Assembly: GCF_020745735.1 (NCBI RefSeq)
Contig: NC_083412.1
Location: forward strand, 58,432,320-58,496,319
Origin: Hemiscyllium ocellatum
Taxonomy: Eukaryota
DNA length: 64,000 bases
Direction of reading: 5' to 3'
Shown: piece after piece, positions 1-13,100 of the stretch
How the letters are laid out: each line of letters begins with the position of its first letter
How positions within the stretch are numbered: position 1 is the stretch's first letter
Notes under the pieces: generated by a model
The model's database searches: none
The model's input: only the letters and a program-made list of their open reading frames with translations
What the model was told of the DNA's origin: nothing
Position numbers and translations under genes: made by a program

Positions 1-312
1 CAACTGCACCCCTATGGCAATGCTTTTGTCCAATACCAGCCTGATGCTGCAACTCACTAAATGGAGAAGACCTCACTCCTGCCACGCTGTCTGGAATGGA
101 CTAACATCCCCGGCTCCGGTGTCATCCTAAACTGGTCACTGTGCATCCGGACAAATGTAGTTTCGTTCAGGTAAGTGATGTCTTTGGTCTGATTCAATAG
201 AGTCAAATGCCAATTTTGTTCGTTTCTTTGATACGCCACTGTACAGAACTGAATTGCAAATGTGTATATGAGGACATTCTTTATGAATAAAGTAGATTTT
301 TGAAATTTAAAC
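1..312 (+). mobile_element. 3' end of an L1/Tx1-like LINE
   Basis: Tail atgaataaagtagatttttgaaatt resembles the tail of the Tx1-like element ending near 55400 (atgaataaagtatatttttgaaata). Confidence 0.4.
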
Positions 313-384
313 ATTAGGTCCTGTCAATCCAGAGCCACACTGCACGGTGATTGACATTTGTCTCAAATCTAACAGAGAAGGATA

Positions 385-590
385 GGTTTGTCCCTTGCTG
401 TGTGAAGGCAGAGGTTTGCAGATCTGGGTGGTACGGATAATGCAGAGGAGGACTGTCCCCTTCCTGCAAGAGCAGCACTGGAGACGACAACACCAGATCC
501 TGCCAGCCTGGGCTGAGGTTACCATCCAAGTGAGCAGAGCAATGCTGTAGGGAGAAGGTCAATGACATTTTCCATGCTGCCAGGGTAAGA
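385..590 (+). mobile_element. Harbinger-type Myb/SANT-like ORF remnant
   Basis: Broken translation LPAWAEVTIQVS...REKVNDIFHAAR followed by donor CAGG|GTAAGA resembles the Myb/SANT-like DNA-binding ORF of Harbinger transposons. Confidence 0.5.
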
Positions 591-883
591 ACCACTTCCT
601 CTCTCTGCTGCCTCACACTCATTGTGTGCCACTGATTCCATCCACGATCCACCAAAGCTCATAGGTTACAAATTTAAAAATCACAAAACTCCAGGTTATA
701 GACCAACAGGTTTATTTGGAAGCATTAGCTTTCAGAGTGCTTTCAGTGGTTGTAGAGTATATCACCATAAGACACAGAATTTATTGCAAAAGCTTACAGT
801 GTCATACAGTCGTATGCAGGTTTTGGTTCATTAATATGTAAATCCCAGAACTTCTTTTAAAGTCACCTTCTCAAGATATTAAG

Positions 884-1206
884 TTACCTACAGTATGTAA
901 ACAGGCCATTTGGCCCAACAAGTCCACACCGACCCTCTGAAAAGTAACCCACCCAGACCCATTCTCCTAACCTATTGCTCTACTTTTACCCCTGACTAAT
1001 GCACCTAACACTATGGTAAATCTAGCATGGCCAATTCACCTGACCTGCACACTTTTGGACTGTGGGAGGAAACTGGAGCACCCGGAGGAAACCCACGCAG
1101 ACACAGGGAGAAAATGCAAAATCCATACAGACAGTAGCCAGAGGCTGGAATCAACCCTGGGTCCCTGGCACTGTGAGGTAGCAGTGCAAACCACTGAGCA
1201 CCATGC
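884..1206 (-). mobile_element. HE1-like V-SINE
   Basis: tRNA-like head, V-domain (gtttcctccgggtgctcc), CR1-like 3' tail. Confidence 0.9.
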
Positions 1207-1403
1207 AAAAGGTGACATCTCAGCTCAGACAAATGTATTAAAGGTGTGAAGTCAAAGTCTGTCTGTATCTTGAGTCAGACTGGTTCTATTGCCAAAGTGG
1301 AATTTAAAAATATCACATGATTGACTGTCTGCAGATTGTGCATTTTTTGAGCAAAATAGAATGTATCTGCAAATGTATTTCTGCAAATACAAATTCACCC
1401 CAT

Positions 1404-1407
<4 letters not shown>

Positions 1408-1441
<34 letters not shown>
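1408..1441. repeat. (GT)n microsatellite
   Basis: Directly visible. Confidence 0.95.
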
Positions 1442-1443
<2 letters not shown>

Positions 1444-2870
1444 ATGCATGAGACAGAGAGAGAATGAGTGTGTGCATGTGAGTGTAAGTGTACGTGAGAG
1501 TGTGTGTTTGCGTGTGTGAAAGCTTGGTAAAGTATGTGTGTGGGTGTGGTGGACTGGAAGCCTGTGAGAGGGTGTGTGCGTGGGCAGTGTGGGTGCATAG
1601 TTTATCAGTCTCACCACTGACTGCAATGTCATCCCTCATTCATTCTTACCTAGCCCAAAGCCCGACAACACCAACCCTGATCAGTGCCACCTGTACTGCC
1701 CTATTCACTCACTCAGGAAAGCTCCTCATTTTGTTGCACTTGCAATAACAGGTGTGCCACACATTGTCAGCTCAAATAATCCTTCCCTTTCTCTCATTTC
1801 ATCAGAAAACAACTCACACTTGGGCAGAAAGAGTCATGACGGATTGCCTGATGCTTGCCTTTTACGTGTTATGAAGAGACATGGTTGCAATTGGGCAAGA
1901 CTGGTGTAGAATCTTCAAGCAAGACAAGGAAGGGTTTAAAAGAGAAGTCAGAGTCAAAATATTGTTGAAGAAGTCAGTTACTGCAATAAGGAAGGATGAT
2001 ATCTTTGAAGGTTCCTCAATGAGGCCATGTAGGAAACTAGAGCACCCGGTAGAAACCCATGAAGACATTGTGCAAACTCCAAACAAACGGTTTAGGCTGT
2101 GGAATCAAACCTAGGTCTCTGGGTCAGTATTGCTAACCACTGAGTCACCCCCAGTGATGGTATCTCTAACTCCTACAGCTCTCAGAACTCACTAAATATC
2201 CGGTACAGTTCTTTCATGGTGTTCTGGGAAACACTTTGCTCATCCCCAGGAAATAGAGTTGGGGCCAAAAGGTTCTGGGCCTCCACATACTGTGCACATC
2301 CTAAGAGATCCTGAGGCTGTGACTGCTCCCTGAGCAGGGTGCTCCTTATACTCCATGCTGTTCCAATGTTGCTCCCTCATTTGTCATTGGCCATGGCCAT
2401 CCTATATCACCTTCTTAGGAAGGATGCCACACAACCAGCATGCCAGCAATGGAGAGTCCATCACTCTTCATGGAAAATGTCCTACACTGGGAACACAGCT
2501 GCAAAAGAGGTCCGTAGATCTCAAAACAGCTGTCAGTGTATACTCCACAAATGAGGCTTGGCACACTTCTCCATACAGTGAGACATGCTGCACCCTGATA
2601 ATGAGGGACATGTCTCCATCATCCATCCACACTCAGGCTTGAGTGTTCACACCAGTCGAGCGACTATCCAATGTTTTCGAGAAGGTAGAGCCTGCAATGG
2701 TCGGACACCCTTCCTATCTCATACCCACATCAAACATTCAACTCTTCATTGCATTCAGTCCAGACCACTATTACACCTTTACAACAGAAGATGAATTGAT
2801 GTGTGACTCATAGAGTCTTTGTAAGTTGCTCAAGTAATGGTTTCACTTGAGCTAACAATAACCTTTTGTA

Positions 2871-3190
2871 AGATTAGATTAGATTACTTACAGTGTGGAC
2901 ATGGCCCTTTGGCCCAACAAGTCCACAATGACCTGCCGAAGCGCAACCTACACAGACCCATTCCCCTACACTTACCCCTTCACCTAATGCTACGGGCAAT
3001 TTAGTGCGGCCAATTCACCTAACCTGCACATTTTTTGGACTGTGGGAGGAAACCGGAGCACCTGGAGGAAACCCACGCAGACAAGGGGAGAATGTGCAAA
3101 CTCCACACAGTCAGTCACCTGAGGCGGGAATTGAACCCGGGTCTCTGGCACTGTGAGGCAGCAGTGCCAACCACTATGCCACCGTGCACC
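2871..3190 (-). mobile_element. HE1-like V-SINE
   Basis: Full-length copy with (ATCTA)n tail. Confidence 0.92.
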
Positions 3191-3264
3191 AAATCATTGC
3201 TGCTAATGTCAACATAATTCAGAGTTCAATTTACAAACATTAAGTTCAATTTGTAAACATCATT

Positions 3265-5440
3265 ACTTTTTCTAAATTCACATGTGGGATGTGGATGTCA
3301 CTGGTTCATCTGCGTTAATTGCCTGTCCCTAGTTGCCATTGAGAAGATGCCTTTTAAGCTGCCTTTTTGAACCACTGCTGTTGGGAAACTCATATGACCT
3401 TAGGGAGGGAATTCCAGGATTCTGACCCAGCAACAATGAAGGGACAGTGACATATTTCCATATCAGGATAGTGAGTGACTTGAAGGGAAACTTGCAGTTG
3501 GTGGTGTTCCCATGTATCTGCTGCCATTGACCTTCCATGTGGAAATGGGTGTGGGTTTGGAAGGTGCTGACTAAGGATTTTGATGAATTTCCGTCATGCA
3601 TTTTGGAAATAGTACACACCGTTGCTACTGAATGTCAGTAGTAGAGGTCATGGATGTAGTGCCAATCAAGTGGGTTGCTTTGTCCTGAGTGGTGATGAGC
3701 TTCTTGACTGTTTGTTGGAGCTGCACTCATCCAGGCAATTGGGGAGTATTCCATCACACTCCTGACTTGTAGATGGTGGACAGGCTTTGGGAAGTCAGGA
3801 GATGAGTTACTTACTGGAGTATCCCTAGCCTTTGACTTGCTCTTGTAGCCGTTGTGTGTATGTGATGAGTCCACTTAAGGTTATGGTCAATGAAAACCCC
3901 AAATATGTTGATAGCATGGGATTCAGTGATGGTAAAACTTCTGAATGTCAAAAAGCAGTGGTTAGATTGTCTCTTATTGGAGATAGTCATTGCCTGGAAT
4001 TTGTGTGACACAAATGTGATTTGCCACATGTCAGCCCAAGGCTGGATATTGTACAGATCTTGTTGCATAGGAACATGGACTGTTTCAGTATCTGCGGAGT
4101 TGTGCACTCATCGGTGAACATTCCCACTTCTGACCTTATGACAGAGGGAAGGGCATTGATGAAGCAGCTGAAGATGATTGGGCTTAGGCCTCTTAACTCT
4201 GAGGGACTCATGCAGTGATGTCCTGGTGCTGAGATGACTGACCTCGAACAATGACAACCGTCTTCCTATCTGTCAGAGGCGCCAGAAGACAATTTGCCTC
4301 TGCTGCCCATTGGTTCCAGTTTTGATCAGGCTCCTCGATGCCACAGTCAATTGAATGCAGTTTTAAAGTCACTTCACCCCTTGAAGTCATCTGTTTTGTC
4401 TATGTTTCAACCAATGCTGTAATGATATCAGGAGCTGAGTGGCCCTGGCAGAACCCAAACTGGGCATCACTGAGCAAGTTATTACTGAGCAGTGCTGCTT
4501 GATAGCACTGTTAATGGCACTTTTCCTCGCTTTACTGATGATTGAGAATAGACTGGTAACTGTCCAGATTGGATTTGCCCTGCTTTTAGTGTACAGGATA
4601 TACCTGAGCAATTTTCCACATTGTCAGGTGGATCCCAGTTTTGTAACTGTATTGGAACAACCTGGCTGGGGGAGCACAAGTCTTCAGTGCTATTGGCAGA
4701 ATGATGTCAGGTACATATATATTGCAGTGTATAATGCATTTCTTATAATGCAAACATTTCTTGATATTACGTGGAGTGAATTGAATTGGTAAAGACCAGC
4801 ATCTGACATGCTGGGGGCCACTGGAGGAGGCCATGATGGATCATCCACTCGGCGCTTCTGGCTGAAGATTGCTGCAAGAGCTTCAACCTTATCTTTTGCA
4901 CTGATGTACTGGGTTCTTCTATCCTTGGGGATGGGGATATTTATGGAGTCTCCTCCTCCAGTACTGTTTAATTGTCCACTACCATTCATGACTGGATATG
5001 TGGGACTGCAGTGCTTTAATTTGATCTGTTGGTTGTGGGATCGCTTAGCTCTATCACTTGCTGCTTATGCTGTTTGACATGTACGCTTGGTGGATTCACT
5101 AGGCTGACACCTCATTTTTGATATGCTTGGTGCTGCCCCGGCATGCCCTCCTGCACTCCCTGTCAAACCATGGTTGATCCCCTGGCTTGAGGGAAATAGT
5201 TGAAGTGAGGATATGCCAGGCCATGAGGTTACAGATTGTGTTGTAGTTTAATTCTGTTGTTGTTGAGCTTCATAGATACCCAGCCTTGAGTTGCTGGATC
5301 CATTCAAAGCCTGTCAAATTTAGCACAGTGATAGTGCCACACAACATGATGGACGGTATTCTCAATGTGAAGATGGCACTTCATCTCTATAAATTCTGCG
5401 CAGTGATCACTCTTCCCAACACTGTCATGACAGATGTATC
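3265..5440 (-). mobile_element. Degenerate CR1/L2-group LINE (RT and C-terminal region)
   Basis: ORF fragments QVRSVMEYSPIAWMSAAPT, FQAMTISNKRQSNH, VGMFTDEC; many stops and frameshifts. Confidence 0.8.
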
Positions 5441-5441
5441 T

Positions 5442-5758
5442 GATTGGATTAGATTCCCTACAGTGTAGAAACAGGCCCTTTGGCCCAACAAGTCTACACC
5501 GACCCTCTGAAGAGTAACCCACCCAGACCCATTTCCCTCTGACTAATGTACCAAACACTATGGTAAATCTAGCATGGCTAATTCACCTGACCTGCACATC
5601 TTTGGACTGTGGGAGAAAACTGGAGCATCCGGAGGAAACCCACGCAGACACGGGGAGAATGTGCAAACTCCACACAGACAGTGATCCAAGGCTGGAATAG
5701 AACCCAGGTCCTTGGCACTGTGTGGCAGCAGTGCTAACCACTGAGTCACCATGCCACC
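5442..5758 (-). mobile_element. HE1-like V-SINE
   Basis: Full-length homology to the other copies. Confidence 0.92.
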
Positions 5759-6424
5759 ATTGTTGGAGGTCAGTATCCAAAGTATCCTTGGTGCAACCAT
5801 TAAATACTAACGTCTGGTGTGTGCTTCAAATGAAACAATGGAGTCTGTGCTTCCTCAACATCCTGCTGGTGTATTGATGAGGTGTCCTGATGGTCACAGA
5901 GTAGGGTAGGTGCCAGATGGCAATGTCTGTGGGTAAGGGGTATGTGGAGCTGGTTCTCGTGAATCACGCCCTGAGCCACAATTTAGTCTTAAGTGACATG
6001 GAGCGAGTGGTGATCTGAATCTGCCAGGTACCTGCTGTTTTCCATTTCAAGCTTTCTTGACATCTACCTTGTTTAGCAAGTTTGGCAAGTAAGAATGCTG
6101 AATATTAATGAGGTAATTTGGGCTATCTAATGAAGAGTAATCCCCCTTAGTCGGCCTAATGAGAAACTCACTTCATCATTTGTCAAAAAAATGAAAAAAG
6201 TGAAAGCACCCAGCATTGAGATGGACATTGTCAGACTTCTTCTCTGACTCTGTCTCAAACCCCATCATAGTCCATGCAGCTCAGTTCCCTACAGGATTCG
6301 GTGCCAGATTTCAGAGCAGTACCCTAATGCCACAGAGGCAAATTGTTGCAGAGGAATATCTGAGTGTCAGCAGCAAGTCTGCAAGAGTGTCCCTATGCCT
6401 GTGAATAATTGGCAACATGTGGGT

Positions 6425-6611
6425 GAGCTGAAAATGTGTTGCTGGAAAAGCGCAGCAGGTCAGGCAAGGATCTTGCAAGGATCCTCTTGCAAGGATGCCT
6501 TCCTTGAAGAAGCTCTCTTCCTCCCTCTACAAGATGCCTGACCTGCTGCGCTTTTCCAGCAACACATTTTCAGCTCTGATCTCCGGCATCTGCAGTCCTC
6601 ACTTTCTCCTC
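6425..6611. mobile_element. Short PLE-derived hairpin element with 15-bp TSD
   Basis: Perfect 42-bp inverted repeat (6425-6466 / 6535-6576); caacatgtgggtgag at 6413-6427 and 6612-6626. Confidence 0.85.
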
Positions 6612-7068
6612 CAACATGTGGGTGAGGAAGATGACTGATTCCCTGGAAATTCAGTGTGCATAGTAAAAAAGTACTTTGAAAATACAGTAGTGAAATCATT
6701 TTCTTCCTTATCTGTTTTCCTTTTCCTCTGTTGAGCACTGACGCCTGCCAAACTCTCCACGTCTACAAAGAACTATATGCTACATATGACCCCTCTTGCT
6801 GACGCAGATCTGTTCAGTTCCTTCCCCTCCCCTTCTGCTTAGTGTTACATGTCACAAATCTAGCTTTAACATACAAAGCAGTTCGAACCCTTTCCTACCA
6901 TTCAGAGCTGCCTCCCTTCCACTCAGAACCGCCTAATATATCCATCTGTTTCCTTTTCCCCTCCCACCCAGAAGTGAGCTACTTACATCAATTTCTTTAT
7001 TGTAAAAGACTCCTTGTTGAAGTAAACCTGTTTTAAACACTGGCATAACAAGCAAAAATTCAGTCAAA

Positions 7069-7129
7069 ATGCTTTGTCATCGAAAATGCTCACTACAGTT
7101 TGATGTAATTTTTCTTCTAGCTATTTCAG
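7069..7129 (+). CDS. CD2: CD2 exon 1, signal peptide (MLCHRKCSLQFDVIFLLAIS-G)
   Basis: ATG at 7069 (aaaATGc), hydrophobic core, donor CAG|GTAAGG at 7130; phase 1 joins exon 2 in frame. Confidence 0.75.
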
Positions 7130-10100
7130 GTAAGGATATTTGATTTCCATGCATTTTTAACTTTATGTATTCAGTTCTATGGGGATATTCTTAACTTTTT
7201 CAAAGTATAAGCAGGTGGTACTGTTCAGTTAACCATTATACCAGCACCTGATTTTTCATTACATTTAACTCAATGGACAGCTGCTTTGACATCCATGGCT
7301 GTGGGTAATCATCAAAATGTTAAATTATTCTTATACATTATGTTTAATCAATCCTCTTCTCATTTGTCATGACACACCTCCAAGGCAGATGAGTCTTGAA
7401 CCCAGACACTCTAGCCTAACAATAGGGAAAAATTTTCCCTTATATATTTAACTTCCAAATAAACTCTGGAAATTAGATTAGATTACTTACAGTGTGGAAA
7501 CAGGCCCTTCGGCCCAACAAGTCCACACCGACCCACCGAAGCGCAACCCACCCATACCCCTACATTTACCCCTTACCTAACACTACGGGCAATTTAGCAT
7601 GGCCAATTCACCTGACCCGCACATCTTTGTGACTGGGGGAGGAAACCGGAGCACCCGGAGGACACCCACGCAGACGCGGGGAGAACGTGCAAACTCCACA
7701 CTGTCAGTCGCCTGAGTCGGGAATTGAACCCGGGTCTCAGGCGCTGTGAGGCAGCAGTGCTAACCACTGTGCCACCATGCCGCCCACAAGAGTTCATTTA
7801 ATTAATTGTAAATTAGGTATGTTGTTGCTGCTATGAATATTTATTATATTTAATCAAATATTTATTTTGTATCTTTTGCTGTTATTGACAATGCTGTAGT
7901 ACATTCTATGTTGTGAGTGCATGTCCAAAAGCTAAAATAGCCAATATTCACAAAGATGTGTGTGGGCAAAAGATACATTAATTATATCTTCTTAATATAA
8001 ATTCCTTCACATTCAATGTTTCATTCAAAATTTTAGATTAATTACTTCTAAGAGATTATAACAATTGCAATTTTTACTTTTGGACATTAATAATACTGAT
8101 TTCTGATGAAAATATCACTGACACAACAGTTTTGCCAACTTGTCCTTCTTGGAAACAAGTCAATACACTGGGGCAGGTCTAATGGTGTAATATCTGATCT
8201 ATTGTAAGCAGATTTGACAGGATCTTAGCTACTATTAATAATTCATTCTAAAATGGTGAAACCATTATGGCACCTGGGAATTTTCTCAATCAGTTGCAGG
8301 TAACCATATAAACTAATGTCCTTAGTCCAAGCTGGACAAGTAGTGTGAACTTGCCAGTGCTTTGTGCTCTCAGACTCTGAGATTTAGCTGCTTAAACTTG
8401 AGCAGTAATTAATTCTGTGCATATTTTGAGTTCTCTATGCCTTGGATCTGTCATGCTCAGCCAAAACCTCTTGGATAGGTTACATTCCTAATGTCTGCAA
8501 CTATCAAAGGCTAACTGATATTCTTTAGTATCTTGGATTAGATACTCAAACTTGACGATGGGTTTCCTTGTATGGCAGAGACAAAATTGACCAAAAACAA
8601 ATGAATACATTTAAACAGTTTTATCTTTCAATTTACAGGTTTGTTTCTTGCAGAAAGCAAAGGTGAGACAACAGATGTTTATGGAGAAATTGGAAAGTCG
8701 GTATTTTTACATGCTAAAAGTGAAAGCTCTAAAACTGATGACATTAAATGGATGAAAGGAGATGTAATGATTGCACGATATAAAAATCAAACTCCTAAAT
8801 CCTATCGGCGTGATTACGATGGAATTAAAGTTTATCCAAATGGGACCCTGACATTTAAAATTATGAAGAGCAATGAAGGAACATATCACTGTGAAATATA
8901 CGGTACAGATGGAAAGCTAAAATCTCTCCAAAGCACTCAACTGCATATACTTGGTGAGTGTGCTTCTTTTAAACCATTTTTCATTAGAGTATTGCCTAAA
9001 GCTTTGAGTCAAATTTTTTGGGTAAAGATATGGAATTCTAAATTGCTTGAATAAAGAATTTACTCCAGGTAGTTCAGGCATTTCAGGAAATATTATCCAA
9101 GTCCTGATTAAAATTTAGCAGCGCTCTGTCGAAGCTACAAATTCTTCTGAATCATGAAGTATCAGCTGTAACATGAGCCTATCTACATGATCTTACACAT
9201 AGAGTGCATGCTATTAATTAGGTTAGATTAGATTACTTACAGTGTGGAAACAGGCCCTTCGGCCCAACAAGTCCACCCCGACCTGCCAAAGCACAACCCA
9301 CCCAGACCCATTCCCCTACATTCACCCCTTCACCTAAACACTATGGGCAATTTAGCATGGCCAATTCACCCAATCTGCACATTTTTGGACTGATTCTTTG
9401 CACTTTGTGTAAAGTTGCACTCTGTGAGCAGGAAGAGTGCAAGATAACTGCATTGGTACCACCTGAACATTGTCTGAATCAATGGAATTGCAAATTGATG
9501 TGATATAAATTTTCACTGTGAGTGCAATTTAAATGCAATTTTAATATAAGGGTGCAAGTCTCCTATTGATCTGGAATTGTAACAAATTGTTGCAACTCTG
9601 CTGTAAGCACTAGATATTAGCATGATTCTGGTAAAGGTGTGGAATTGGAATTGGCATTGATAGAGGTTTGAAAAAATATCACCCTTAGATTGGTGCTAGA
9701 TTGGTCTTGTAACTGTCCTGGTACTGTCATCACGTTTGTCCTGCAGATACTGTCTGTGTATGATACTGGGCTTGCACTCTGATATTTTTTGCTATTTTGG
9801 ATGGTCATGCCCCAGAGCTACAACATTCCTGTCCAGTATGACATGAAAAACAAAAGAGTCTAAGCATGATTGGTATGCACAGTATAAAGCAGATCTTAGT
9901 AATATTTGTCATCACAATAAATCATAGGAAATTAAATCCTAAATGAGGAGACATTTACTGGTTTCTAGGCAAAAATAAATTAAGTGTTTTAAAAACTTGT
10001 CTCTTTAGAATGAGTTATAAGCAATTCAGAATAGTTACTATAAACCAGGAGCAAAATGCAAAGCTGTTGTCCCATAATGTACAATTTAATTGGAAATCAC

Positions 10101-13100
10101 ATAACTCCGATTTCAGTCTAGGATGTCTAATTCATAAACTAATCTGTTCTACATTATGTTAACTGGATATCTAAATGGTTCTTCCTCAGAATTGTTTTAG
10201 TAAATTGTACAAAGCTATTTCTTTCTTTCAATTTGCTGTAATTGAATGAATGGTTTGTCTTAGATAATTAAAATTATTAAATTTGAAATTTTCCATGTTA
10301 AAGAACCACACTTGTTCAGTTGTTCTACGTATAACAATACTAGGGAAGATGTAAAACCTTTAGAAGATGTAATTTAAATGAATCATTCTCACATTAGCAA
10401 CACTTCCAGAATGGTCAATAAGATGTCCAGTTTGTTTTTCATAATTTTATATTAATTGATTTTGTCACTGCATTTTCTTCAATGCTGTTTATACCCCAAA
10501 AGATTTGTTACACATTGGAGACTAGTGCCAGCTTTTTTATTTGTCAAATTTCATATCACTGTGCAAATCTGTTTGCCAAGGTTGAAGAAACAAAGACGGG
10601 AGAACATTTTCATTAGCCCTTCTACTCATGTCAAACCACCTTGTAGGCTGTGCGTTGTTTATCAAGAAACCACAGCTGCACTGTCATTTACTGTAAATTG
10701 ATCAAGTGCTACTAAGCAAAGTACTGGGAATACATATGAAAAATCAAACTATAAAAATCAACATTTGAAGGAAAATGATAACTGTCTCCTGTTCTGTCAA
10801 AATGTCATTCTTGAAATTAAGCTTAGTCCTTCTTCTTTAGTGGGATATAGTAGGACTGCAGATGCTGGAAAGTCAGAGTCGAAAAGTGTGGTGCTGTAAA
10901 AGCACAGCAGGTCAGGCAGCATCTGAGGAGCAGAAGAGCTGACATTATTTCTGATGAAGGGCTTATGCCCGAAATGTTAACTCTCATGCTCCTGCTGTGC
11001 TTTTCCAGTGCCACACTTTCTGACTTTTTTTTATTGGTGTATCAAATGGAGATACTTTGTACTTCCACTTTTTTCAGATTTCGCACAGTCCAAAACTGTT
11101 ATTTATATGAAACATGGATTTCAAATTTCTGCTAGGTTTTCTTCATTTGTTAACATATGTATCACAGAAAATTATGAGTTACAGAGTTACAATTGTCCTA
11201 AAAATCCTAAAAAACACGGGAAGCAATTGACAAGGAATATATAGAGCTAAATCAGAGGGATCCCTAATGTTAGCTAGAATCAGAAAACTAAAGTAGTTAA
11301 ACATGATAAACATCAGTAGTGTGAAATTAAATTACTTCCTTAGGCTTATTCTGTGTTATTTGATCTTCTATGTCATACATTCTGCAATATAGGGTGGCAT
11401 CTATTTCCAGTGTTACTTTTACATGAATTGATCACTGAGCACCATTTAACTTCTTGTTGTGGATAAGAGATGGAAAACTTAATTTGCTCCACTTTTTAAA
11501 AAAATGCCTATTGCCTTAACAGATTATCAATGGTAGAGTGTAAACTTCAAACTTTTTTTACTAAAACCAGTTAACGTGTCTAACTTTCATTTCCAGCTGC
11601 AATAATACCAGCCATAATACCATGAGTTTGAGGAAGTTTTCTTTTACATTTTAATTGGCCTTTGCTTCTTCTTTTTGGAAGCTTTCTGCTGTCACTGAAA
11701 TAACAATGGGAATGGACTAGGAAAGGGGGAGGTGCGACAAGACTTGAGTGTCCCTATATACTAGTCGCTGACAGTAAATGGGCAGGTGCAGAAGGCGACG
11801 AAAAAGCAAATATACTAGTCATGGTGAGAGAAGTCATGTACAGGAGCAAGGATATCTTGCTGCAATTATATAGTTAAAAATTACAGAACACCAGGTTATA
11901 TTCCAACAGGTTTATTTGGAATACAAGCTTTTGGAGTACTGCTCCTTTCGTTGGTGGCTGTTTTTCAGCACTTCCAGGTGTCCGTCATGTTCCTCCTCAT
12001 CTGAACAGATCCTGTGTATGCATAGGGCTTGTCTGTAGGGAATGGCTGTTTTAATATGTTTATGGTGGAACCTCAAGACATGCAGCATCATGAGATTATC
12101 TATGGCCTTGCAGTACTGAGGTGCCTGTCCTTGATGGAGATGGGTGTGTCCAAGAATGAAACTAATTCTAAAGAGTAGTCCATGGTAAGTCTGATGGTGG
12201 GATAAAACTTGTTGATATCACTGTGCAGTTGTTTCAGTGACTCCTTGCCATGGGTTCAGAGGAAGAAAATAACATCAATATATCTGGTCGGAGGTTCTGT
12301 GCAGCAAAGAAGTCTTGTTCGAAATTGTGCATTAAAATGTCAGCATATTTAGATGAAAATGTGGTCCCCATGGCTGTTCCTGTGTCTAGATGAAGAAGTG
12401 TGAAGACGTTGTGGTCGAGGATGAAGCCGATGAGTTGTAGGGTGATGCCTGGAGATTGGCAGTTGGTGATATTGAGTACTGAGGCTGTTGCAGTGATGCC
12501 ATCATTGTGGGGGACACTGGTGTAGAGTGTTGAAACACCCTGTACTCCTTATTCCGGCTACTAGCAGATGCTCTCTCTCCCTGCTTGTTTCAAACTGCCC
12601 CGTTTAGAGGCTATCCTCTTACAGATGATCCCTGGCTAATGATGTGAAACCAGAGTGGTATTAAAAACAAAGGGAACTTACTACTCCCTCACCATTCCCC
12701 AGCCCTGCAGTTAATCACCACAACAACATCACACTTATGGTCTGCTTCCAAATATAAAAATTATCTATAAGGTCAAACTTTCTCTGAACTGTGAGACTTA
12801 CAAGAATAACAAACCCTCTCCCATTCTTCTTTCTTGCGGGATTTCTCTCCAGGTTAATCTTGCCAAACTCCTTTCTGTTAGGTTTACCCCATTCCATTTA
12901 CCTTCAATTTTCTACCATTAGAACACAAGTAGGTCATTCGGTCCCTCAAACATGTTTCAACATTCAATAAGGTCATATATATTCTAGAGGTCTGATGTAG
13001 GTGCATAGTTTCTTAAATTTTGCTAAAAATAATGGAGCACCAAAAGATCAATGAAGCTTCCCCTCATCAATTTCTTCTTCCAGAAAAATCTATTCATGTG

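Larger units (their letters stand above)
674..1600. mobile_element. PLE-derived non-autonomous element (one arm, same family as 42132-43540), interrupted by an HE1 SINE
   Basis: aaaatcaca..ccaggttatag.ccaacaggtttatttggaagc start and (GT)n core are homologous to the arm at 42132-42666. Confidence 0.75.

Noticed and set aside
1011-1249. Recurrent 60-95 aa ORFs (also near 3035, 5558, 7594, 32261, 41596) that resemble a gene family
   Set aside because: They are translations of HE1 SINE copies
2150-2800. Possible Harbinger transposase remnant
   Set aside because: Only faint motif resemblance; could not be supported
8954-9054. Read-through of the exon 2 ORF to 9054 as a secreted V-only isoform
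   Set aside because: A strong GTGAGT donor explains the boundary; no evidence for intron retention
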